DNA of 64,000 nucleotides from a virus (Duplodnaviria; Caudoviricetes): IMG/VR virus record IMGVR_UViG_2546826724_000006, positions 23,029 to 87,028 of that record; one strand, 5' to 3'. Shown piece by piece: positions 9,573 to 18,829 of this stretch (position 1 is its first letter; each line of letters starts with the position of its first letter). The notes under the pieces were generated by a model. It saw only the letters and a program-made list of their open reading frames with translations, ran no database searches and was not told where the DNA came from. The position numbers and the translations under genes were made by a program.

Positions 9573-9998
9573 ATGAACCTTCAGGAAGCACGTACTCAGT
9601 TTCTCGCCGACAAGGACGCTCTCGCTGAGAAGGGCGTTCACCTCAACGGCGTCGTGATGTATGCGACGCCCGAGATGAAGCGGGACAGCACGCTCGCGAT
9701 GGACGCTCAGCCGGTTCTTCAGACCGCGCCGAGCGGCGGCATCCCGGCGTTGCTCACCACGACGATCGACCCGGACGTGATCCGCGTTCGCTTCTCCCCG
9801 ACCAAGGCCACCGAAATCTTCGGTGAGCAGCAGAAGGGCGATTGGCGGCAGGACACGATCGCGTTCGGCGTGGTCGAGCAGACCGGCGAGACGTCGGTGT
9901 ACGGTGACTACGCCAACAACGGCTCCGTCAACGTCAACATGAACTGGCCGCAGCGTCAGCTCTTCCGCTACCAGACCATTTCACAGGTAGTTCACTAA
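9573..9998 (+). CDS. Major capsid protein (DUF2184), 5' fragment truncated by insertion
   Basis: GGAGA RBS; LAMDAQP..GIPALLTT..KGDW..YGDY..NWPQRQ..YQTI, then a stop within the element. Confidence 0.92.
   Translation: MNLQEARTQFLADKDALAEKGVHLNGVVMYATPEMKRDSTLAMDAQPVLQTAPSGGIPALLTTTIDPDVIRVRFSPTKATEIFGEQQKGDWRQDTIAFGVVEQTGETSVYGDYANNGSVNVNMNWPQRQLFRYQTISQVVH
9969..9979 (+). repeat. attL core TACCAGACCAT
   Basis: Identical to 28276-28286 (13/14 as TACCAGACCATyTC). Confidence 0.92.
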
Positions 9999-10010
9999 TA
10001 ATCCCTTTCG

Positions 10011-10145
10011 TATCAATACCTTAGGGCGCCTCTCATGGCGCCCTTTCCTTTGTCTACTGATTACCACCAGCACATTATATATCAATGGGTTACAGCCGTT
10101 GACGGCTGCTACACATGCCATGACGCGCGCCATGGCCGCGCCACC
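10011..10145. promoter_or_regulatory. att accessory sites: two IHF consensus sites and arm-type repeats
   Basis: TATCAATACCTTA (10011) and TATCAATGGGTTA (10080) match WATCAANNNNTTR; GCGCGCCATG at 10125 with degenerate neighbours. Confidence 0.75.
10023..10052 (+). terminator. Intrinsic terminator just inside attL
   Basis: AGGGCGCC-tctcat-GGCGCCCT followed by TTCCTTTG. Confidence 0.7.
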
Positions 10146-10168
10146 GCAATCGCATCTCAGAGACTGCT

Positions 10169-10381
10169 ATGGATCAGCTTCATGGTCGTGACGAAGGCGA
10201 GGTGCTGACCGGCGCCAAGGCCATCGCCAACAGGTTCGGGTTCACCCCTCGGCAGATCTACTATTGGGTAGGCCACGCTGGGTTCCCGGTTTTTCACATC
10301 GGAAAGATCATCTGTGCTCGGCCGGCCCACGTGCGTCGCTGGATCGCTGAGCAAGAGGCGGCAGCACGAAAGGCTGGCTGA
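10169..10381 (+). CDS. Excisionase-like winged-HTH protein
   Basis: LTGAKAIANRFGFTPRQIYYW..PVFHIG..ICAR..W; first gene after attL. Confidence 0.75.
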   Translation: MDQLHGRDEGEVLTGAKAIANRFGFTPRQIYYWVGHAGFPVFHIGKIICARPAHVRRWIAEQEAAARKAG

Positions 10382-10382
10382 C

Positions 10383-10637
10383 ATGGCTTATCGGGAACGG
10401 CGTGAAGTCACGCACCATGAGGCTATGCGCCTCGGAGAGAATGCAGAGGTGCGGGTAGACGTTGAGACGGAGAGCACCTTCGACTTGGTGATTTTCCGGA
10501 TTTGGTCCCTCGACCATCATCTCGGTTGGCTTCCGACGAGCAACACCATCCGCCTCAAGGCCGCGCAGTTGCCCGACTTCGTGCGGCTCGGCCTGCGGGC
10601 GCACCAATCCATCCAAGCCCGGAAGCCCCGGCCATGA
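10383..10637 (+). CDS. Possible PC4-like ssDNA-binding protein
   Basis: EVRV..DLVIFRIW..WLPT..IRLK..QLPDF pattern. Confidence 0.45.
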   Translation: MAYRERREVTHHEAMRLGENAEVRVDVETESTFDLVIFRIWSLDHHLGWLPTSNTIRLKAAQLPDFVRLGLRAHQSIQARKPRP

Positions 10638-11107
10638 GCGTGCGCTACACTCTAGGCGTGGACATCGGCGCGAGCGGCGCCCTGGCCTTCTACGCCGCCG
10701 CTGAGCCCGCCATCGTCACGGTAGACGACATGCCGATGGTCGCCGGCCGGGTGGACCCGCACGCGCTCGCCCGCCGGATCCGGCAGATGGCCCCTGCCTT
10801 CGCCGTCGTGGAGCAGCAGGGACCGCGCCCGACCGATGGGTGCAAGCAGTCCTTCGGGATCGGACACGCCTATGCGGTGGTGACGACGGCGCTGGCCCTC
10901 TGCGACGTGCCAGTGCATCTCGTCACCTCTGGCACGTGGAAGAAGCATCACAAGATCTTCGGCGCGTCCGATCCAAAGGAAGCGGGTCGCGCCCTGGCCC
11001 TCCGTCTCTGGCCGCAGTGCGCCGAGACCTTCGCGTTGAAGAAGCACGACGGCCGATCCGACGCGGCCCTTATCGCCCGCTTCGGGGCTGAGACGATCCA
11101 ACTCTGA
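10634..11107 (+). CDS. RuvC-like Holliday junction resolvase
   Basis: LGVDIGASGA, AVVEQ, WKK, HDGRSDAALIA. Confidence 0.85.
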   Translation: MSVRYTLGVDIGASGALAFYAAAEPAIVTVDDMPMVAGRVDPHALARRIRQMAPAFAVVEQQGPRPTDGCKQSFGIGHAYAVVTTALALCDVPVHLVTSGTWKKHHKIFGASDPKEAGRALALRLWPQCAETFALKKHDGRSDAALIARFGAETIQL

Positions 11108-11216
11108 AATCTGAGATCGAGGCGGAAGGTCCCGTCTCGTTGCGAGCGCGCTGGGTGGTGATGAGGACCGCCGCCCGGCGCGCGAGCGCATGTCCGCAAA
11201 CCTACGGAGACATCAC

Positions 11217-11875
11217 ATGGCACGACGCCAGACACGAGTGACGATCAAGGCTGAGCCGACGTTGGACGAAGACGGCAGGGTGATCGCGCCGGCCCAGCCC
11301 GGCCGAGACGAGGGCAAGACCTACGTGTTGACGGAGATGTCCGCCAAGCAGGCCGAGAGCTGGGGTGGCCGGGCGTTGACGGCGCTCACGCACTCCGGGG
11401 CCGAGCTGCCGGACGAGATCATGACGGCAGGCATGGCAGGGTTCGCCATGATGGGGATGCAGGCCCTAGCGGGGATCAAGTTTGAGGAAATCGAGCCGCT
11501 GATGAACGAAATGTTCGAGTGCGTGCGGATCGCCCCCGACCCGAAGAACCCTGACTTGGTGCGTGACCTCGTTGAGGATGACATCGAGGAAGTCTGGACG
11601 CGCGTTAAGCTGCGGATCGCCGTGCTTGACCTTCACGTCCGCCCTTCCACGCCCGTCGCCCCCTAGACATCGGTTCGGTTGGGGACGACGGGTTGCCGGC
11701 ACGATGGCGGGAGTTTGAGAACGTCTCTCGCTCTATCGCCATCGTCATGACCGAGAAGTTCGCGACCATGGGCGAGCTGGATACCATCTACGGCTCGCAG
11801 GACTTGGCCGATATGGTCGAGATCATCAGCATCAACGCGCACAACGCGCGGCTGCTACAGCCCAAACCGCGCTAG
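11217..11875 (+). CDS. Satellite tail assembly chaperone (11217-11666) with -1 frame extension to 11875
   Basis: Aligns with helper 37508-38130 (RDxGKT..LTEMSA..AE.W..SGAELPD..DDIEEV) in both frames. Confidence 0.88.
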
Positions 11876-11889
11876 CTACAGGCCCCCAC

Positions 11890-12354
11890 ATGTTCGTGGA
11901 CTTCACCCATGCCGGGCGCGCTGCGCTCGACAATGCGATCCCTCATGCGTCGGCGCACCTCGTGCCGATGCTGAAGGCCGTTCGGGATCACGGGATGGCG
12001 TTCGTCATCGCCGCGCAGTCTCGGCGCGGGTTTGCGATCCCGGAGACCGGCCCGGCCGTCGTCATCATCGGCGACGACATGGCCCGGTCCCTTGGACCGC
12101 CTGGCTTCCACCTCAAATCCGTTCGGCGGCTTCTCGGCCGGGCGAAGGTCGTCGCCGTGATGGCGGGCGCCCCGGTGGAGACGATGTACGCCCGCATGAC
12201 GCGTGACGCGGTGGAGCGCCGCGCCATCGTCGTGCTGATCGAGACCACGACCGCCCATGAGGAGGAGTGGAGCGCCTACGCGGAGGACGTGAACCCCGAC
12301 GCCGACCTTCACCTTGTGTCGCCGACCGTGGCGAATTTGGGGGCGCCGGCATGA
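11890..12354 (+). CDS. Hypothetical protein
   Basis: 154-aa ORF, coupled to next gene. Confidence 0.6.
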   Translation: MFVDFTHAGRAALDNAIPHASAHLVPMLKAVRDHGMAFVIAAQSRRGFAIPETGPAVVIIGDDMARSLGPPGFHLKSVRRLLGRAKVVAVMAGAPVETMYARMTRDAVERRAIVVLIETTTAHEEEWSAYAEDVNPDADLHLVSPTVANLGAPA

Positions 12355-12611
12355 AGGATACCGCCCCCTTCGGCACCGTCGAGACCGCGTGCGACTTCCT
12401 CGCCGAGATGGCGGCCGGCGTGATCGCGCACGCCTCCGTCATGCAGAGCTACGCTGAGGCCCGGTACTATCCCGGCTTGGACTACGCCACTCGGCACACC
12501 GTCGCGTTCCTGCGCGCGATGGAAGCCGCGCACGCCGAGGTGGAGCGCTCGCGCGCCGTCGTGGCCTACCGCAAAGGCGCCGAGGCTATCGGGCCGGGGC
12601 AGGGTGTCTGA
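12351..12611 (+). CDS. Hypothetical protein
   Basis: ATGA overlap upstream, TGATG overlap with helicase. Confidence 0.55.
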   Translation: MKDTAPFGTVETACDFLAEMAAGVIAHASVMQSYAEARYYPGLDYATRHTVAFLRAMEAAHAEVERSRAVVAYRKGAEAIGPGQGV

Positions 12612-13861
12612 TGCGGGAGCGCCTAGACGATCTGCCGCCGCTCGGCGAGCCGGACGAAGACGGCCGGTGGATCCCGCCTGAGGAAGAGGCCCCGCGCGCC
12701 ACGCCTTTGCTGCGAGCCACGCCCTACGTCTACCGCCCGCCGGCCGAGATCCCGATCCGGGAGTGGGTGTACGGCAAGCATCTGATCCGCAGGTTCTTGA
12801 GCACCACCGTGGCCCCCGGCGCTGTCGGGAAGTCGAGCCTCGTTCTGGTCGAGGCCATCGCCATGGTGACGGGCCGCCCCTTGCTCGGGATCCAAGTCCC
12901 GCATCGGCTCCGGGTTTGGGTCGCGAACCTTGAGGACCCGCTTGAGGAGCTAGAGCGCCGCGTCGCTGCGATCTGTCTCCACTACGGCATTGACCCGCGC
13001 GAGTTGGAAGGACGCCTGTTCCTCGACAGCGGGCGCACGGCCGAGATCATCATCGCCCGCCGCGAGCGCGACGGCGTGAAGGTGGCAGAGCCCCTTATCG
13101 CTGCCATCGTGCAGACACTGCGGGAAAACCGGATCGATCACCTGACGGTCGACCCGTTCGTCTCGTCTCACCGCGTGACGGAGAACGCCAACGATGAGAT
13201 CGACATCGTGGCGAAGGCTTGGAACCGCGTCGCCGAGACGGCCGGCGTGTCGATCGAACTCGTCCACCACGTCCGCAAAGGGCAGGGCGGGGCAGGGGAG
13301 TTCACGGTAGAGGACGGCCGCGGTGCCGGTGCCCTACTCGCCGCCGCTCGCTCGGCCCGCGTGCTCAACCCCATGACCAAGGACGAGGCCGCCAGGGCCG
13401 GGTTGCCGTCGCATCGGGGCTACTTCCGGACGGACAACGGCAAGGCCAATCTCGCGCCGCCGCCCGACCGCTCGGAATGGTTTCATCTCACCTCCGTCTC
13501 ACTCGGCAACGGGCCGGCTGGGCTCGTGGATGCCAGCGACCACGTAGCCGTCGTGGAACCCTGGACATGGCCGGATGCCTTCGACGGGATCAGCCTCAAC
13601 GATCTGATGACGGCTCAAACCGCCGTAGCCGAGGGCGGTCCGTGGCGTGCCAGCCCGCAGTCGCCGGCATGGGTCGGCAGGCCGATAGCCCGCGCCTTGA
13701 GGATGGACCCCGACGATAAGGGAGACCGCCAGCGCGTCAGCCGCTTGCTCAAGACGTGGATGGAGACCGGCATGTTCGTGACGGTCGAAGCACAGGACGA
13801 GGCCCGTAAAGTCCGGCAGTTCGTGGAGGTAGGAACCCGCGCCAGTGCGACACCGGACTGA
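12611..13861 (+). CDS. RepA/AAA_25-type replicative helicase
   Basis: Walker A APGAVGKS, LTVDPF, VHHVRKG, GRGAGAL..AR, KAN. Confidence 0.88.
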   Translation: MRERLDDLPPLGEPDEDGRWIPPEEEAPRATPLLRATPYVYRPPAEIPIREWVYGKHLIRRFLSTTVAPGAVGKSSLVLVEAIAMVTGRPLLGIQVPHRLRVWVANLEDPLEELERRVAAICLHYGIDPRELEGRLFLDSGRTAEIIIARRERDGVKVAEPLIAAIVQTLRENRIDHLTVDPFVSSHRVTENANDEIDIVAKAWNRVAETAGVSIELVHHVRKGQGGAGEFTVEDGRGAGALLAAARSARVLNPMTKDEAARAGLPSHRGYFRTDNGKANLAPPPDRSEWFHLTSVSLGNGPAGLVDASDHVAVVEPWTWPDAFDGISLNDLMTAQTAVAEGGPWRASPQSPAWVGRPIARALRMDPDDKGDRQRVSRLLKTWMETGMFVTVEAQDEARKVRQFVEVGTRASATPD

Positions 13862-14228
13862 GGGGCCGGATCTGCTCCACCACCACTACTCCCCCCTATA
13901 AGGGGGTGGAGCAAGTGGCGCAGTGGCGCAAAGATCCTCAAGCGCTCCACTGCACCACCTTGCGACGCTCCACCATTCTCAGGTGGCGCAAGTCTCTGAT
14001 CCGCCGGTATGGCGCTACCACATAGGGCAAACGGCGAGGCTTTGGCGCATAGGTTCCGGCTATGGATCTGAGTGCGGACGATAGACAGCGGCACACAGGG
14101 GGACGTGTCGTCTGAAGGGGATTGGGGGACGTGTGGTCACGCGGACGCCGCCTCTGGATTTTTCCCGGCCGTTGGCGAAGCCAAACGCGGTCACGCGGGA
14201 ACCCACGCTTGACATCGCCGTGGCGCTC

Positions 14229-14266
14229 TTTACAACTTGCTCAACGAACGTAGAGCATTTCGTAAA
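14229..14266. promoter_or_regulatory. Putative res site overlapping resolvase promoter
   Basis: Imperfect palindrome TTTAC..TGCTC..GAGCA..GTAAA; TTGACA at 14209. Confidence 0.6.
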
Positions 14267-14275
14267 GGCACAGCG

Positions 14276-14950
14276 ATGGCGACCGGATCCTTCGTCACCT
14301 ACGCGCGAGTTTCGACGGCGAAGCAGGGCCGCTCCGGTCTCGGCCTCGACGCTCAGCGCGCCGCTGTCACGGCCTATCTGAACGGCGGCAAGTGGAGCGT
14401 CGTCGGCGAGTTCGTGGAGATCGAGAGCGGCAAGCGCGCCGACCGTCCCGAACTGGCGAAGGCCATCGCCGCTTGCCGGCTGTACGGCGCCAAGCTCGTT
14501 GTTGCGAAGCTCGACCGGCTCAGCCGCGATCCCGGCTTCCTGCGGGACCTTGAGCGCAGCGGTATCGACTTCGTTGCGGCCGACATGCCCGACGCCAACC
14601 GGCTGACGGTAGGCGTGATGGCCCTTGTCGCCGAGCAAGAGCGGGAAGCCATCTCGGCCCGCACCAAGGCTGCCCTACAGGCTGCCAAGGCCCGCGGGAC
14701 CAAGCTCGGGGGCTTCCGGGGCTACACCCTCACCGAAGCCGACCACGCCGCCGCCAAGGCTGGCAGGGAGGCTCGCACACAGGTCCAGGCCGACCGCATC
14801 GGGGCGACCGTGGCCGAGATCAGGGCCGCCGGCATCACGTCGGCCAATGGCATCGCCAAGGCTCTCAACGAACGCGGCATCCCGACTGCTAAGGGCGGTC
14901 AGTGGCAGGCCGTACAGGTCCAGCGGGTGCTGTCCCGCCTGGAAGCATAG
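14276..14950 (+). CDS. Serine recombinase (resolvase family)
   Basis: YARVST, ESGK..RPEL, LVVAKLDRLSR, EREAISARTK. Confidence 0.93.
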   Translation: MATGSFVTYARVSTAKQGRSGLGLDAQRAAVTAYLNGGKWSVVGEFVEIESGKRADRPELAKAIAACRLYGAKLVVAKLDRLSRDPGFLRDLERSGIDFVAADMPDANRLTVGVMALVAEQEREAISARTKAALQAAKARGTKLGGFRGYTLTEADHAAAKAGREARTQVQADRIGATVAEIRAAGITSANGIAKALNERGIPTAKGGQWQAVQVQRVLSRLEA

Positions 14951-14990
14951 GGGCATCCATTCCGGGTGCCTCGACACAGAGGACACCCAC

Positions 14991-15236
14991 ATGGCTCCCA
15001 CCACCAACTACCAGAACACCATCGGCACGTCGGGCACCTACACGGTCGCCGTCACGCAGCGCGCGGGCACCATCAACGAGGAACAACACCTCGGCTACGT
15101 CTACGCCGTCACCATCACGTCGGGCGGCGCCACCACCGAAGTCATCACCGTGCCGGCCCTGCCCGAGGGCTGCGTCCGCGCCAACACCGCTGGCCTCGCT
15201 GTCCTGCGCGCCCTCAAGACCGTGCAGGGGAGCTGA
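14991..15236 (+). CDS. Hypothetical Thr-rich protein
   Basis: GAGGA RBS, MAPTTNYQNT.., strong GC3 bias. Confidence 0.6.
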   Translation: MAPTTNYQNTIGTSGTYTVAVTQRAGTINEEQHLGYVYAVTITSGGATTEVITVPALPEGCVRANTAGLAVLRALKTVQGS

Positions 15237-15663
15237 GCGCCGTGGGCGCCGTCGTCAGTCTCCACCCTGTCGTGACGGTCTCGGAGCGGTTCACCCACCT
15301 TGAGACCTATGACCGGCTCGGCAGGCACGAACTGATCCTCGCCCGGTCCGAGATCGGCGGCGGCCCCGCACTGTCGGTGCTGCTACTCCTGAACGAGCCG
15401 GACGGCGACGGGTTTGAGATCCTGTCATCCGTCCGCGAGCAACCCGGCGTGCGCGAGGCGCTAGCCATCGTGGCGCGGGCCGTCTCGCTCGCTGCGCTCC
15501 ACCTGTTGCCGGACGATCCGCTGTAGCCGGCGAGCCTCGTCAGCATAGCCTCAGATTTGGCCGCTGACGGCCGCTGACGCTCGACCGCTGTCCTGTAGCC
15601 AAAATCCGCCCACGCCAGTCCTGAGCCATCCTAGGCGCAGGGATCGGCATTCTGCGAGCCATC

Positions 15664-16035
15664 ATGCCCAAAGCACGCGCGGCCGTCTCGCGGTCGGCCA
15701 TGACGAACGGCCGCCGCCTTCACCTGATCCGCCCGTCCGGTTGGACTGCCGAGGGGCGGCGCTTTCAAGACCTCGTTGAGGCCCTGACGGAGGAACGCGG
15801 CGGCGCTGCGGCCCTCGATGTCGCCCGGCAGGAAGCGATCCGCATGTACGCGCTGCTCAGCGTCGAGCGGAGCCGGATTGAGGTGGACATGGCCTCCGGC
15901 AGGCCCGTGGACGCGGAGCACTACGGGCGACTGTGCGACCGCGCCGACCGTCAGTATCGCCGCATGGGGCCGCCCCTGCCGCGCACCAAGCAATCGCTTA
16001 GGGATCAACTATTGCAAAGAGCAGGTAAGGCATGA
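15664..16035 (+). CDS. Satellite terminase small subunit (putative)
   Basis: Helical 123-aa ORF (NGRRL..GRRFQDL..GG) overlapping TerL start (ATGA). Confidence 0.65.
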   Translation: MPKARAAVSRSAMTNGRRLHLIRPSGWTAEGRRFQDLVEALTEERGGAAALDVARQEAIRMYALLSVERSRIEVDMASGRPVDAEHYGRLCDRADRQYRRMGPPLPRTKQSLRDQLLQRAGKA

Positions 16036-17567
16036 AAATCATATGCTCCATGCGAGAAGCATTGGAAGATGATAGACTACTTGGCACTGTTCTTCCAGGG
16101 GAAAGCTGGCGGAACTGGCGTATTCTTCTGATCGCCAGCCGGGGCGAGCCGCTGACGGCAGAGGAACGGGAGGTGTTCACCCGCCTGACGACCCGCGAGC
16201 GCGAGCCGGAGGAAGCGTGCGACGAAGTTTGGTCCGTAGTCGGGCGCGGTGGCGGCAAGTCGGCGGCCATGAGCGCGGCGGCTGCGTACTATGCCGGGTG
16301 CGTGGACCATACCGGCAAGTTCAAGCCGGGGCAGCGACTGCGCATTCCGGTGATGGCGACGGCGAAAGAGACGGCGGCCGAGTGCCTGAACTACCTCAAG
16401 GGCATCTTTACCGAGATCGAGTTCTTCGCCGAGCTTGTCGAGTATGAGATGAACGGCCGGAAGCGGAGTGAGCCCCGCATCACGGAAAGCAAGATCAGCC
16501 TCGTCAACTCGGTGGACATCCTCGTCACGGCGGCCAACTTCAAGACGGTGCGCGGCGCGACGCTGATCGCCGCCTTGTTCGATGAGCTGGCCTTCTGGGC
16601 GCTGGACGGGCAGGCCAATCCGGATCGAGAGATCGCCCGCGCGACACGCCCCGGTCTCGGCCGCTACGGCGACGGCGTGTTGCTCGTCATGTCCAGCCCC
16701 TACGCCAAGAAGGGGCTCTTATTCGAGACGTACAAGAAGCATTTCCGGCCGGACGGCGATCCGCGCGTGCTCGTCGTCCAGGCGCCGACGCTGGAGATGA
16801 ACAACAACCCGGATCTGCGCCGGAAGATTGAGCGCGAATATGCCGACGATCCCGAGTCGGCGCGGGCCGAGTACGGCGCGGAGTTCCGGGAAGGCGTCTC
16901 GGACTTCGTGAGCCGTGAAGTCGTGGATCAGTGTACGGACTTCGGTGTCCGTCAGCGAGAACCTGACCCGAACGTCCAGTACACGGCCTTTATCGATCCA
17001 TCCGGCGGCACCGGCAAGGACAGCATGACGCTTGCTGTTGCGCATCGGGAGAAGGACGGCTCCGTTATTTTGGACCTCGTTGACGGAGTGAAGCCGCCGT
17101 ACTCCCCCGATGCCGTCTGCCAGCAGTTCGCCGCGACGCTCAAGCCGTTCCGGATCTACGAAGTCACGGGCGACAACTTCGCAGCCGAGTGGCCCAAAGA
17201 GCTAATCCGCAAGTACGGCATCACCTACGTTCAGTGTCCGAAACCGAAGGCGGCGCTGTACTCCGAGTTTTTGCCGGCCCTGAACAGCGGCAAGGTGCGC
17301 TTGCTCGAACACGACAAGATGCGCAACGAATTGCTGAACCTTGAGCGCCGGACCAATTTCGGCGGAAAAGACAGCATTGACCATCCGGCAAACGGTCACG
17401 ACGATTACATTAATGCCGTTGCCGGTGTAGTATGGGCGGAGAGCAATGCATCCAAGCCCATCGTCATCTCGCCAGAGCTTCGAGAACTGGCGAAGACGCC
17501 GAACAGACGCACGCAGAGAGACGCCTTCAACTTCGTCATGGGCTACGGCCCCGGCCGACGCTTCTAA
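16032..17567 (+). CDS. terL: Satellite terminase large subunit
   Basis: GRGGGKS, LFDELAF, MSSPY, FIDPSGG, HDDYINA. Confidence 0.9.
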   Translation: MKIICSMREALEDDRLLGTVLPGESWRNWRILLIASRGEPLTAEEREVFTRLTTREREPEEACDEVWSVVGRGGGKSAAMSAAAAYYAGCVDHTGKFKPGQRLRIPVMATAKETAAECLNYLKGIFTEIEFFAELVEYEMNGRKRSEPRITESKISLVNSVDILVTAANFKTVRGATLIAALFDELAFWALDGQANPDREIARATRPGLGRYGDGVLLVMSSPYAKKGLLFETYKKHFRPDGDPRVLVVQAPTLEMNNNPDLRRKIEREYADDPESARAEYGAEFREGVSDFVSREVVDQCTDFGVRQREPDPNVQYTAFIDPSGGTGKDSMTLAVAHREKDGSVILDLVDGVKPPYSPDAVCQQFAATLKPFRIYEVTGDNFAAEWPKELIRKYGITYVQCPKPKAALYSEFLPALNSGKVRLLEHDKMRNELLNLERRTNFGGKDSIDHPANGHDDYINAVAGVVWAESNASKPIVISPELRELAKTPNRRTQRDAFNFVMGYGPGRRF

Positions 17568-17579
17568 AGGAGACGCACA

Positions 17580-18059
17580 ATGGCTTTGATGAAACGCACC
17601 CGCGCTACCGCGCTAGACCGCGACCCCCTGGACCGCGATAAGCTCGACAACTTGATGCTGTTCCTGAAGGACCGGCTCAGCCCCGACGACTTCGCTAAGT
17701 TCACCGACCTGATTGACGATCTGCAGGACGATGCAGAGGCTGCGAACCCCTCTCGTGAGATGGCGACGGACGCCCTGCCGGCTTCGATCCGCCGCGCGGT
17801 CCGCCGCGAGATGCGGAGTGCCCGCCTCCGCCTCTCGGGCGGCTCGTCCCTCGCGCAGGACGCGGCGCGCATCAGCTCGTTCGAAGAGCGCTATCCGGGC
17901 GCCGCGAGGATTAAGGGCGACCCGATGCCGGGCGCTATGTACACGGCCCGCCGACCGGATCCGGTTCTGTCGCAGCCTGAGGCCCGCGCAGCGAGGGAAG
18001 CGAGCGCGGCTCGCATCTCTGCAATGATGGGCGGCCGCATCATCAAGGACGCTGAGTGA
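17580..18059 (+). CDS. Scaffold-like capsid morphogenesis protein (no protease domain)
   Basis: LAQDAARISSFEERYPGAARI resembles helper scaffold end AMDAAAAKSFDERFGTSRI. Confidence 0.6.
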   Translation: MALMKRTRATALDRDPLDRDKLDNLMLFLKDRLSPDDFAKFTDLIDDLQDDAEAANPSREMATDALPASIRRAVRREMRSARLRLSGGSSLAQDAARISSFEERYPGAARIKGDPMPGAMYTARRPDPVLSQPEARAAREASAARISAMMGGRIIKDAE

Positions 18060-18829
18060 TGGTCGGGCCCCGCCGGCAGGAAGCCGTCATCTCGGCTTCC
18101 GAGCCTTCGCTTCGTTCTCCGGAGCGCCAAGCCCTCGCCGAAGCCATCGCCAAGGCTGAGGAGCACAACAAGGGTCTCGCCGCGTGCCGCGCCGCGATCC
18201 AGGCCGCCGAGGGGATGGAGGCGACCGCGGAGGCCGCCCTCCGAGATGCCCAAGCCGAAGTCGAACAGGCTAAAGCAAGCCGTGCCGCTGAGATCACGGC
18301 TGCGGCTGCGGCCGGGCAGTCCGTCCCGTCGAGCGATCGTCAGCGTCTTGCCCGCCAGCGCGAAGTGGAGGCGCAGGACGAACTAGAGGCCGTGCGATCC
18401 TCGCTTGAGGCCGTGCGGGCGCCGCTAAGTGACTGGGAATACTGGGCGCAAAATTGCGCTGAGAAGGTCCGCAAGGCTGCGGCCGATGTTGCTACTGCTC
18501 AGGTCCCGGAAGCGATTGCGGTAGCGCTCAGGGCGATCAAGAACGCCGAGGTTTGCGTCCGCTCGGCCTATGCGGCGCATAGCGCGGTAACCGATGTCGC
18601 GGGCGGCCAGGATCAGGCCATGTCGGCGCGCATCAACGCTCTGCTCAACTTCGTGCCGGGCACCTGGGACTATCGCAATCCCAGCCGCGGGGACGGTCCC
18701 GAGTGGAACAGGGCTGTCGCAGCCTTGCTGACGGATCCCGACGCGCCCCTGCCGGCCGTGCGCGAGGTAGCGGACATGGTTCCCGGCGAGCCCGGTCCCG
18801 GCATCACCGGCCCGCGGCGCGTCGCCTGA
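18056..18829 (+). CDS. Ala-rich coiled-coil hypothetical protein
   Basis: 257-aa ORF coupled to previous gene. Confidence 0.65.
   Translation: MMVGPRRQEAVISASEPSLRSPERQALAEAIAKAEEHNKGLAACRAAIQAAEGMEATAEAALRDAQAEVEQAKASRAAEITAAAAAGQSVPSSDRQRLARQREVEAQDELEAVRSSLEAVRAPLSDWEYWAQNCAEKVRKAAADVATAQVPEAIAVALRAIKNAEVCVRSAYAAHSAVTDVAGGQDQAMSARINALLNFVPGTWDYRNPSRGDGPEWNRAVAALLTDPDAPLPAVREVADMVPGEPGPGITGPRRVA

Noticed and set aside
14276-14950. Serine recombinase as tail-fibre invertase or as the element's integrase
   Set aside because: No invertible segment found; element ends show tyrosine-integrase att features; dimer resolution is more likely
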